Positions 37,901-50,000 of a DNA stretch of 64,000 bases are shown in pieces; the stretch's first letter is position 1, and every line of letters starts with the position of its first letter. The notes under the pieces were generated by a model. It saw only the letters and a list, made by a program, of their open reading frames with translations, searched no databases and was not told the DNA's origin. Both the position numbers and the translations under genes were made by a program. This stretch comes from Podarcis bocagei (lineage: Eukaryota): assembly GCA_964188305.1 (NCBI GenBank), contig OZ076895.1, one strand, 5' to 3'.

Positions 37901-40900
37901 CCGGGACTTGCGTGGGAGGAGGGTTTTTCCTCCCCACTGCCAACATTCAGAACAGCATTCTGAATGTTGGCGGTGGGGAGGAAAGCCCTCCTCCCACCGC
38001 AAGCCTTCAGGACAGGTCCGGGAACAGAGGGGAAGGCGCGCAGCGCTTCTCCTCTGTTCCCGGACCTGTTTTGAAGACTTGCGGTGGGAGGAAGGTTTTC
38101 CTCCCCACCACCAACATTCAGAAGGCTGTTCTGAAGGCTGGCGGTGGGAAGAAAAGCCCTTCTCCCCCGCCAGCCTTCAGAAGAGTTCCCGGAGGGCTGC
38201 CTAGGCTGCGGATAGCAGCATGCTGCCCCGCGCAAGGGGCGCTCTTAAGCAGAGCGCCCCTCGCGCGGGGCAGACATTCGCAGCTTGGGGAGCCCTGCAG
38301 GAGTTCCCCGCAGGGCTCTCCAAGCTGCGGATAGCAGCCTGCTGCCCCGCACAAGGGGCGCTGTTAAGCAGAGCGCCCTTCGCGCGGGGCAGACATTCGC
38401 AGCTTGGGGAGCCCTGCAGGACTTCCCCGCAGGGCTCTCCAAGCTACAGATAGCAGCCTGCTGCCCCTATCCGCAGCTTGTGGATAGCAGCCTGCTACCC
38501 CTATCCGCAGCTTGCAGAGCCCTGCGGGGAAGTCCTGCAGGGCTCCCCAAGCTGTGAATGTCTGCCCCGCGCGAGGGGCGCTCTGCTAAAGAGCGCCCCT
38601 CGTGCGGGGCAGCAGGCTGCTATCCGCAGCTTGGAGAGCCCTGCGGGGAAGTCCTGCAGGGCTCCCCAAGCTGCGAATGTCTGCCCCACGCGAGGGGCGC
38701 TCTGCTAAAGAGCGCCCCTCGTGCGGGGCAGCAGGCTGCTATCCGCAGCTTGCAGAGCCCTGCGGGGAAGTCCTGCAGGGCTCCCCAAGCTGCGAGTGTC
38801 TGCCCCACGCGAGGGGCGCTCTGCTTAAGAGCGCCCCTCGTGCGGGGCAGCAGGCTGCTATCCGCAGCTTGCAGAGCCCTGCGGGGAAGTCCTGCAGGGC
38901 TCCCCAAGCTGTGAATGTCTGCCCTGCGCGAGGGGCGCTCTGCTAAAGAGCGCCCCTCGTGCGGGGCAGCAGGCTGCTATCCGCAGCTTGGAGAGCCCTG
39001 CGGGGAAGTCCTGCAGGGCTCCCCAAGCTGCAGGTGTCTGCCCCGCACAAGGGGCGCTCTGCTTAAGAGCGCCCCTTGTGTGGGGCAGCAGGCTGCTATC
39101 CGCAGCTTGGAGAGCCCTGCGGGGAAGTCCTGCAGGGCACCCCAAGCTGCAGATGTCTGCCTCGCACCGGGCAGCAGGCTGCTTTCCGCAGCCTAGGCAT
39201 CCCTCCGGGAACTCTTCTGAAGCCTGGCGGCGGGAGAAGGGCTTTTCTTCCCACCGCCAGCCTTCAGAAGGCTGTTCTGAAGGCTGGCGGTGGGGAGAAA
39301 AGTCCTTCTCCCCCCGCCAGCCTTCAGAAGAGGTCGGGGGACAGACTGTCCCTGGACCTGGTCTGAAGGCGGTCTCCATAGGAACGCATTAATTGATTTT
39401 CAATGCATTCCTATGGGAAACCGTGCTTCGCAAGACGAAAAACTCGCAAGAAGAAAAAACTTGCGGAACGAATTAATTTCGTCTTGCGAGGCACCACTGT
39501 ACATAAAATCTGGGGGAAGAACTGCAAAAGCAAATTTACAGTACCAATGAGGTTCCAAGTGCCATCACTTGGAACAAGTAATGGGTATGGCTCAGGTTAA
39601 TTCACAGCAACTGTTAACTATAGAAAAGCATATTGCAGATGAAGCATTATCGATATACCAGCTGTCATCTTACATCTTCATACAAATGAGATGCAAAATA
39701 TTCCATTGTTGCAGAACAGGAGATGTCAGGGACTTCAAACTGAGACCATGTGCTTGGAAAGCATGGGCTCATCCACTAAGCTGTGGGCCATCTGTACATG
39801 TCGTTTATCTTTCTTTCTCTCTCTGCTCAGGAATTGTCTTCTCTGTCGGAAGCAGCTGGATTTAATGAGTGGGTTGGTGTGAGTACCTCTTCTAAAAATA
39901 TATTGAAAGACATGACCAGAGCAATTCCTGTGGAGGGTGGGCGGGGAGAGAATCTGTGGCGCAGCTGCTGCCACTTCCTATACCCTAGTGGCATGAGATG
40001 CAGTCAGGACCATAGCTGTCAACTTTTCCCTTTTCTTGCGAGGAATCCTATTCGGAATAAGAGAACTTCCCTTTTAAAAAAGGGAAACGTTGTCAGCTAT
40101 GGTCAGGACAGGAGGGGGTCACTTCACACACCCCTCCCCCGGACAAACATTAATTTCCCCATTTGGCCCTTATTAACACCAGTGGGAGGGAAGTTAACTA
40201 TGCCATCTGTAGGGCCATGCCAGGGAAACAAGGAGACTTTGCATCTTAGAGATACAAATGTAGTCCTCCCATTACGTGTAGTACATTTGCATCAGCAGGG
40301 CTTTCCTCAGTGCTGTCCTACCGATGGGACAGCAATTATGCACATTTCAAAGACCCCTCAGCCAGCCTCTGGGTTGCAACGTGTTTGTTTGCTCATGAAC
40401 AAAGGAAGAGCCTTATGGCTCAGGCCAAAAGCCCATCTAGTTCAGCATCCTGTTCTCAGGGTGTCCAAGCAGATGCCAATGGGAAGCCTGAAATCAGGAC
40501 TTGAGCACCACAGCCCTCTCCCCACTTGTGGTTCCTAGCTGCTGGTTTTCAGAGGCCTGCTGCCTCAGACAGTGGAGGTAGATCATTGCCACAATGGCTA
40601 GCTTAGTAGCGACCGATAGCCTTGTTTTCCATGAATCTTGTTTAATCCTCTTTAGAAGCCTTCCAAGTTGGTGGCCAACCAACTTTTTGTGGGAGTGAAG
40701 GAGCTCTTCCTTTTGCCTGTCCTTTTGATTCTTCCAACATCCAGCTTAACTGGATGTCTGAGTTCTAGTATCATAAGAGAGGGAGAAAAATGTATTTCTG
40801 CTTTCTCCACACACCATGCATAATTTTATACGCCTCGATCACGTCCCTTCTTACCTTTTTCAAAATTAAAACAAAAAACCAGCATTCCTCATAGGGAATT

Positions 40901-43900
40901 TACTCTATCCCCACAGATGATTTTGCTTGCCCTTTTCTGAACCTGATAACTAGACTCCTTTTCAGAAGATGAAGTCCTTCCACTGTTGGCAACAGCCAAA
41001 GACTGATGCTGGTCTACAGAAGAGCTTACAATATTAACAAATTAATGGCAATGTGCTTTGTCTTGTGATTTAGGCAGCTGCAGTGAAGACATTACTGGCA
41101 AATGCAGCAAATCTAACCCTCCTTGTGCCTTCTCAGCAAGCAATTCAGAACATGGACCAAGAGGAGAGAAATTTCTGGATGTCAAAAAACAACATCCAAA
41201 CTCTAATAAAGTATGTCAAACATTTTTTCACCCTGGCCATTCCATTTAAATGCTTTTATAAAGTACTTTATCCTTTACCGGAATTGTCTTCTTAATTATT
41301 GTGATAGCCTTCTGTACCAAGGGGCATGATCAGAGCCGAGGTTTACACATTAAGAGCTAGTGCTAAAAAAAATTAACTCACTTAAGAAAACTAGGTAAAA
41401 TACCCACAACCCCTTCTGTACCAGTCTTCCAGCCCCTAATACTTGTCCTGCATCCTGTGATTTTTTTGTGGCTGGAGCAAGGGCCTCCTTCATCCAATGA
41501 GTTTTCACTGGTGTCTTGATTTGAATCCAGGGCACAACTCCTTCTACATTCATAATGACAATGCAACTGCCATATATCCACTGGTTATGCAATAGCTGCT
41601 CCATCTACTCCACAATCAGAGAAGTGATTCTGGTTTCCAATGCTGAAATAAACACAGCAGCTATCTTCTACACAACTATGAAAGTTGGAGGAGTATTGTT
41701 CAGCTTTGCATGTTAGCCACCTGACTGAATAGCAATCTATATATTGACAGCAATGGCAAGGAAGCCACTCACCTGCATTGTTTATACCAGGGATGCGGCC
41801 TTGCTGATGCAGTTGGACTCCATTTCCCATCAGCCCCAGCCAATGTAGCCAATAGAGTTACTGAACTCCCAACGGCATGTGGAGGACCAGCAGATTCTCC
41901 ATCACTCAGGTGGCATGGAGGAAGATTAGGAACTATGTAATTGGTCCCTCCCAAATAGTTCCAGGAAACAAATTGCCAGCAGCTGTGTAGGAAAGGGAAG
42001 CACCTCCTAACCTATTAACATATTAACTGCTCCTGGTTCAAATGGTGTTTGAAAGAGAATTGGGTTTCTGTTGTAGGAAAATCTGAGCAGCCATAACTTT
42101 CATGTCACTTGAACCTAACTTGCATTTCTGTTAGGCACCATGTATTACAGGGAGCATACACAGTTTCTGACCTCCAAACCTTGTCGTCATCCAATGGGCT
42201 GGCAACATCTCTGCTTGGAAACTTCCTGGCTTTGTCCAAAGAAAATGGAGTAAGTTCACCTGTACTCTCACTCACAGGCTGTTCTTATGTGTGCCAAGAG
42301 AAATGTGCTAATCAGATATCATCTTGTCTTTGAATATGCCCCTGTTTTGAGCAAGGGAGTAAGAACTCGGTAGTATGGGCCTCAGACACTATGAGTGTGA
42401 TTTTTATCTAGTGGTAGGTATGGAAGGGGCTGTTAGTTCCTGTTCTCTGTTTCTCATTTTTCCAGTCTGAATTTCAGTTCTCCACATTTCTGCAGCAATC
42501 TGCTTTTTTAAAAAAGGAAAAAAGAATCTTCATTGAAGAATTTCAATGTTAATTTCCCCCAATAAACACATTTTTGTATGTAATTCTGACTAGTCACACG
42601 TTTTTGCAGGCAATTTCTCCAAGTACAATGCATTTCTGCGCGGTATTTTCACTATGTGTATTCATCTGAATGCACACTTTCCCCTAATATGTGAATGTTT
42701 GTAAACACTAATTGGAGAACTACATCACAAAAATTGGAGACATGAGAATTTCAAATGTGTTTCAGCTGTCATATTGTTTTGGAAAATGCTTGGCAAAGAC
42801 TCTGGGGGTGGGGCATAAATCAGGGGAGTCTTCCAAGAGCCTCACAGAGAGACCTGGAAGGCTGCATTTGGCTTTTGGGCCTGAGAGATCACAGGTCCTA
42901 AGCCAGCTGTGATTTGAAACCTGGTAGTTTTATTTACATAAATGGTTCCCCCCCACCCACCCTTGCTTTCCAGAATTTTTCTGTTGATGGAGCCAACATC
43001 GTAGCAGGTGATATTGCAGCAACAAATGGGATTATACATGTAATTGATAAGGTATTTGCTTCCTTATTATTAATAGTTAGGAAACTGAGGTAAAAAAAAT
43101 ACTAAATGTTTAAAATATTGAGTTGGTGTTTTCCCCCCTCCCTCCCTCCCTCTAGATTGGCCACTTAACATCATGTAAAACAGAAAAAAATACAGTTTCT
43201 CAAAGTTATTTTCTTTTTATATTGTTGATATTGTTTTAAATGCTTTGTGCTACTGTGCCTGCTGTTTAAAATTGGCCTTGTGTTTTTGTTTGCAGGTTCT
43301 GACACCCCTTCGGGGAGTCAGTGGCACATTGCCCAAACTGCTTGCCCGCTTAGAACAGATGCCAGATTACTCCATTTTCAGGGGTTACGTTATTGTAAGT
43401 CTTCGTGCCTTTTTGAGAAGTGCCATGCATTATTGCATGTATCCATGCTTTTATTTGAACTGCCATGCAGATAATAGGTAACAGTCCATTTTTTAAAAAA
43501 CAACGCATTTCTCTCTTTACAACAGCAATATAATCTGGCAAGTGAAATAGAAGCTGCTACCACTTATACCATTTTTGCCCCAAGCAACAGTGCCATTGAA
43601 ACCTACCTCAAGAACAAACAGTTAACCTCCCTGGTATGTATTGGTTTCCAAACTTTTTATCAGGGCATATTTGCAACCGTTTCTCTTGCTGCGTGGTTGG
43701 TGCTTTAAGAAAAAACTAAAAATGCAAAAAGGCTGCTCACTTAAAGGAAGTGCTGTGGTGTGATATACAACATTCTTCTATGTCAGGCACTCCCAAACTC
43801 GGCCCTCCCGATATTTTGGGACTACAACTCCCATCATCCCTAGCTAACAGGACAAGTGGTCAGGGATGATGGGAATTGTAGTCCCAAAACATTTACGGGC

Positions 43901-43998
43901 GGAGTTTGGGGATGCCTGTTCTATGTGAACCTTTGCTGATTCTTCTACACTTTTAGCTCTGCATAGCAGGGGCTGTGAGCAGAGCCTGCCTTATGCCA

Positions 43999-44048
<50 letters not shown>

Positions 44049-47000
44049 TATTATCCATTGTGTGCACACTCATTCCCCTAGTGCAGATGGTCAAATGGGG
44101 TTTGTAGGTTTAAAAAGCAGAATGAAGCCCTACAAATTTAATTTACCATACAATGATGGGATACACATTCATACCATGCGAAATGATACCTGTTTCATGC
44201 CACTGTTAATAATTTAAATAATAGTAATTTTTTATTTATACCCCGCCCATCTGGCTGGGTTTCCCCAGCCACTCTGGGCAGCTTGCGACATATTTTAAAA
44301 CATCAAGCATTAATAACCTCCCAATACAGGGCTGACTTCAGATGTCTTCTAAAAGTCAGATAGTTGTTTATTTCCTTGACATCTAAAGGGGGGATAAAAT
44401 AAAAAAATTCCTTCCAGTAGCACCTTAAAGACCAACTAAGTTAGTTCTTCGTATGAGCTTTCGTGTGCATGCACACTTCTTCAGATACACTGAAACAGAA
44501 GTTGCCAGATCCTTCTATATAGTGAGAAGGTGGGGAGGGGTATTAGAAGGGTGGTGGGAATGGGAGATTGGCAGATAGCTGAGATGAGCCTGTTGACGAC
44601 TCTTAACGATCCAGATCGATCTAAAGGGGGGGGCATTCCACAGGGAGAGTGCCACTACCGAAAAGGCCCTCTGCCTGGTTCCCTGTAACTTTGCTTCCCT
44701 CAGTGAGGGAACCAGCAGAAAACTCTTGGAGGAGGACCTCAGTGTCCAGGCTGAATGATGGGGGTGGAGATGCTTCTTCAGGTATACAGGACGGGGCCGT
44801 TTAGGGCTTTAAAGGTCAGCACCAACACTTTGAATTGTGCTCGGAAACATACTGGGAGCCAGAGAAGATCCTTTAGGACCAGTGTTATATGTCCCGGCAG
44901 CCACTCTCTAAAACATATATTGTCTGGCTCCAACCTACAGCTAATTGATAATAAAATCCTTTGTCTACTGGTTGCTGCTGGCATCTGTTTTTGTCACAGA
45001 AAGCTTGGAAGTCCACACCTTGCTCAAGTATGTAACATAAATTATCAATTTAATCTGCAGGATGAAAACCAGATCCGATACCATGTTATTTTAGAAGAGA
45101 AGCTGCTGAAGAATGATATGCATAATGGGATGTTCAAGGAAACCATGCTTGGATTGTCCTTTAGAGTGGGATTCATCATTCATGATGGCCAGGTACTTTG
45201 TATAAACCTTGTTGATAATTATGTTGGCTTTTGGAACTGCCTGCTTATCTGAATACCTCATCCGGGAAAAGATTTACATCTGGGTAACTGAATGGAGGGA
45301 AAGCTTCATTGCTTTCAATGATCTGGATCATAAGTTTACATTAGTGAGGCTTACTCATTGGTATAATGGGACTGTATTTACATCCCTAGCTAATGAGGCC
45401 ATTCACCATATGTAAACATTACTCATATGCATTAAGTGCTGAGCTAAGAACTTGAGTTAAAGTTCAGAAATTGGGATTAAGAGCAAATGAATCAACATTA
45501 ACTTCTGGCATTGACTAGCAACTGTTTTAAAGTCCCTGTTGTTGCAATTATGAAGCTGCATTTCCCAAACTTGGGTCTCCAGCTGTTTGGGGGCTACAGT
45601 TCCCATCATGCCCAACTACTGGTCCTGCTGGTTAGAGGAGACCCAAGTTTGGGAAACTCTGGTCGATAAATGCCTTCTTAAAGTGAAAAGAATGCTTTAG
45701 TATGTTTATTCAAGCTACTTACAATTTTCCTTTGCTTTATTCAGTTGTACAAATCAGAATTGGCCATTTAGGCTGCAATTCTATATAAACTTACTGGGGA
45801 ACGCAATTGGGGTTACTTCTGAGTAGGCAGGTATAGGATTGCATTGCTTAGTTTTGAGAAAGAAATAATGGGAAAGGAGCAATGGTAAGAGTGAAATCAA
45901 TAGCAGCAGGTGTGTTCAGCTGCTGTCACTCACCTGTCCTTTCATCAGTCACATCGCTGCCACTTTCCAGGAGGTAAGTGCCCCCTCACTGTATTTCCCA
46001 GTGAGCAGCAGCAGCAGCGACGTAACCAACTGGAGGTCAGGAGACCAGTGGCACCCCAATCTGGCATCTGCTGCTGAGTAGTATGGATAGTCCAAACAGT
46101 TGCACACCCACAGCCAGCCAGTGTAGATTGATGTACAGTGATATGCACACAACTAGAGTCATATGTTTATAGATAACCGAGTTGGAAGGCCTTTGGGAAA
46201 TAAGATGAATTGGGTTCATAGGAAGCTGCCTTATACGAGTTAGACAATTTGTCCATCTAGCTCAGTATTTTCCACAGTGACTGGCAACGGCTGTCCAGAT
46301 TTCAGACAAGGGTCTCTTCCAGCCCTATTTGGAGATGTTGCAGACTGGTCCTAGGGTCGTCTGCATGCTCTCACTGAGCTGCAGCCCTTAATGTGCAACG
46401 TGAGACCTTTTTCAACTGCATGCTTCAAATTCAATTCTTTCCTCTGCAGTGCCTTTTATTACACTTACTGGAATAGCAAGATAATATTTGCTGTGTAAAA
46501 GTTAATGCAACAAATGATCCTTTAAGTAGGTCCGCCTGGTGTGTACTAAACTGATAACCTATTGTGTGCAGCTCTACATAAATGAGGCGCCCTTAAGTTA
46601 CCCAAATGTTGCAACTGATAAAGGAATAATTCATGGACTGGAAAGGGTAATGGAAATCCAGAAGAACAGATGTGATAGCAACAATACTGTGGTAGTACCT
46701 GTAAGTGCCTTTCTGTGTATATATTATGTGTGTTTGTGTACGTTATAAACGTTTATATACATTAGATGTGTTTTCATTTCTTTAAAGAAAAATAATTAAT
46801 ATATAGAACATATCTTTATTTAGTGAGTCCTCCAGGAAAATAAGTCTTCGCTTTGCAGTTTGGTAGAATGCAATATAGGGCAATACGGTCCATTAACATA
46901 CATTGACTAATTTAACCCTACAATCTTTGATCTGATTTTATACAGCTTTAGTGATCTGACAAGTAGAAGTATCTATGGTACTATGTGAAGCTGGCTTTTG

Positions 47001-50000
47001 CTAAATCAGGCCATTGATCAATCCATCCCAGGGTTTGTCCAAAGATCTTCCCTACTTTCCCCCTATTTCTACTGGATGTAGGAGATGCAAGCAAGGAAAG
47101 CAAGCATAGATACTTGCTTTTACTAGTAGTTGTGGCTGTTGCAGCAGGGTTTGAACATAGAGGCTGCTTTCAACATAAACACAAGATGGCATACAAAACA
47201 CGTTTGCCCCCTTCAAGCTTGCAAGTTAAAAGTCAAGCTAGTATAGTTACTTGCAAGTAGGGTCTCTAGTTTGCCATTTCAAACTACTTGCACGTGAATC
47301 AGTCAATGAGTCAATTTCATTGCAAATAAACTCCCAAGCTTGCAGCTCTTTGTTTAAATATATTTGCTGTGACATTTTTATTCCACCCTTTTTTGCAAGG
47401 TGCTCAGGGCAGCTTATATTACTCCTGCCTCCCTAGTTTATCCTCAGAACAGCCCTGTGAGGAATATTAGGTTCATAGGCAGTGCACCAGGTGAGTTTTA
47501 TGGCCTATCAAGGATTGAAATGGCACATTCGGTCTCTCGGTATCCTTCATTTTCCCTCTGCTGGTTTTTGCACAAATGGTCAATGGTTAGAGATGAATAA
47601 ATTAAATGGTGTCAGTCTACCATTGTTAAAACATGCAACATGTAACTGTAGGGAACAATTGTGGGAGGCACTAATGAAACTGGGGGGAAATTGTCAGTGT
47701 GCACCCAAGGGTTCATTTGGATAAAAATAGATGGTGCCAAACCTCTGCACACTTAAGGCATTTGTGACATGTGCAAAGGCCTGCACAAGTATATATCATG
47801 GTCCCTTCCTCTGAAAATATATGTTTGCTTTGTTTTCAAGGGAAAGTGTTTGTCGTGCTTGGCCGTACCTAGCTGTCCTATTGGAACTACACCACTGGTA
47901 AATATTTTAGAATTAAATTGCTATAAATAAGTAGTAAGGAACTTAAGGTCCTCCAGATGTTGGTGGATTACAATCAGCAGTGGATGACGGCACTTGCCTG
48001 ACCTCCCATCACTGTTGCCACTACGGCTTCCCTAAAGAGAGATGAGTGGTGGTGAGATTAGCACAGCGCAAATGCAGTGGCAAAGCCAATCTGGCACTTG
48101 ACCTTGCTGCCACCTCACCCCTCTCCCTCACTGTAAGCCACAATCAGTGACAGGACATCAGCTGAGTGCCCCCACTGCACGAACTGTTACTGCCTACAAC
48201 ACTTGTGGCCTTGTTGATTCGTTCATGCTAGGACTAACAGGAATCTGGCAGCATATAGAGGGTACAGATTCCCTACCCCTGCTGTGCGTGTATGTGGGGG
48301 TCTACTCCTGAGTATGCCCAGTACAGGATATAACCCATAGAAGACAATCCACCCCCTCCTGCGGCTGCAGAATCCATAGGACATAATAAACAAACTTCAT
48401 TGTGACCTCTGAATTTACAGGGGGAGCTGGATTTTCTCCGAAGTTTCTAAACTTTGTATATTTATTCAGTTCAAGAGAATAATTCATTTGTCAGTGCCTT
48501 ATTGTGAGTGAGGTTATTTTGCCTATTTGTGCTAATTGACTGTAAATTTTGAATAGGATTTGGGCATGTTCAATTAGCGTTTTCCATTGAAAAATATTTC
48601 AGGGATATTCATTAGCTGAATTTGATGCAATGTTTTAAGTGTAAAACTGTCCACTTCTTTTGTACAGAAATACAAGAAAGTGAGCTGCTTGTATCTCCAT
48701 TCTGAAAGATTCTCCCTTCGCTACGGATGCCAGCCAAAATGCAGTAAAAGCACAATTGTGGGTATTCTTTACCATCCAAAGCATATCTGTTATACTATCA
48801 TGACACTGATAGAATATAAGGGGGTTGAGGTGTGGGAGAGAAACAGAACATTGAGAACTGACTGTCGTATCTGTAGGGAGAAATTGTTTTATTAAAGTGA
48901 TTTCTTAGCAACATGGTCCTTTCAAAGAAGCTTGGTATGAAAAACAAAAACCAAAGACAAAGTGCCATAGGGTAGCCACTGTGAAACCCTCCAAGGGTTG
49001 TTGAAAAAATAATATCCAACAATATCTGCAGGGCATCATATTGGCTGCTTGTGCCATAAAGCAACAACATCACCAATCCAATAATAAAAACCACATACAA
49101 ATTAGACATCTTACAAATCTGAAAGTCACCAGAGCTGCAAAAAACAAACAAATATGTATCATAATCAAAGCTAGCCTGCACCATCAGATTAACAATAAGA
49201 ATTAAGGTTGTTTGGCTGCCTAACCAAAGGGGGGAGAGTTGTTATGTCGTGCCTAAAAGAAAATAGAAAATGGAACTAAACTTATCTCTTTGGGAAGGGA
49301 GTTCCATAGGCTAGGGGCCACCACTGAAAAGGCCCTGTCTCGTATTCCAACCTGTCTCGTATTACCCACTTGTGGGTCTGTGAGGAGGGCCTCTGTGGCT
49401 GATCTTAGACTGTAGCACACAATAAATAAGGCAGCTCAAGAGTTCCTGCCTTAATTCATAGTCCTTTTATGGCACCTCTTCTCTTTTATTCTCTTATATG
49501 CAATTGCATTCGCCTTACCTTGTTTGTTCCTTTTTCAGACCAGGGAGTGTTGTGCGGGCTTCTATGGCCCTCAGTGCGAGCCTTGTCCAGGACTGGCTGG
49601 AAACACTTGCTTTGGAAATGGGATTTGCTTAGATGGCCTCAATGGCAATGGTACTTGTGAGTGTGAAGCAGGATTCGAGGGAGTAGCCTGTGAAAAATGT
49701 ATCAAGGGCAAATATGGCACCGGCTGTGATCAAGGTACTTCAGGTTTCAGACCACTGAGACAACTAGTTATGTTGCTTGCCTCTCTTTGACTTGGAATAG
49801 ACACATTTAGGTCCGTTTTGTTGTTGTTCCAAGAACCATGTCACAAAATTCAAAAGTACTATAAAATCCGAGTGATCATTACATTCTAAGCTGCATGTTA
49901 GCCTGGGGACTTCAGATCAGGTCACTTTGCATCAGAGTCCACTGAAATGCAAAAAATGGACCTGTGTAACTGGCCATAATGCAAGCCTCTGTGGTTCTTC

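Noticed and set aside
37633-39392. Long ORFs as a possible transposase or cargo protein
   Set aside because: Low-complexity translations of the repeat; no HTH/DDE signature.
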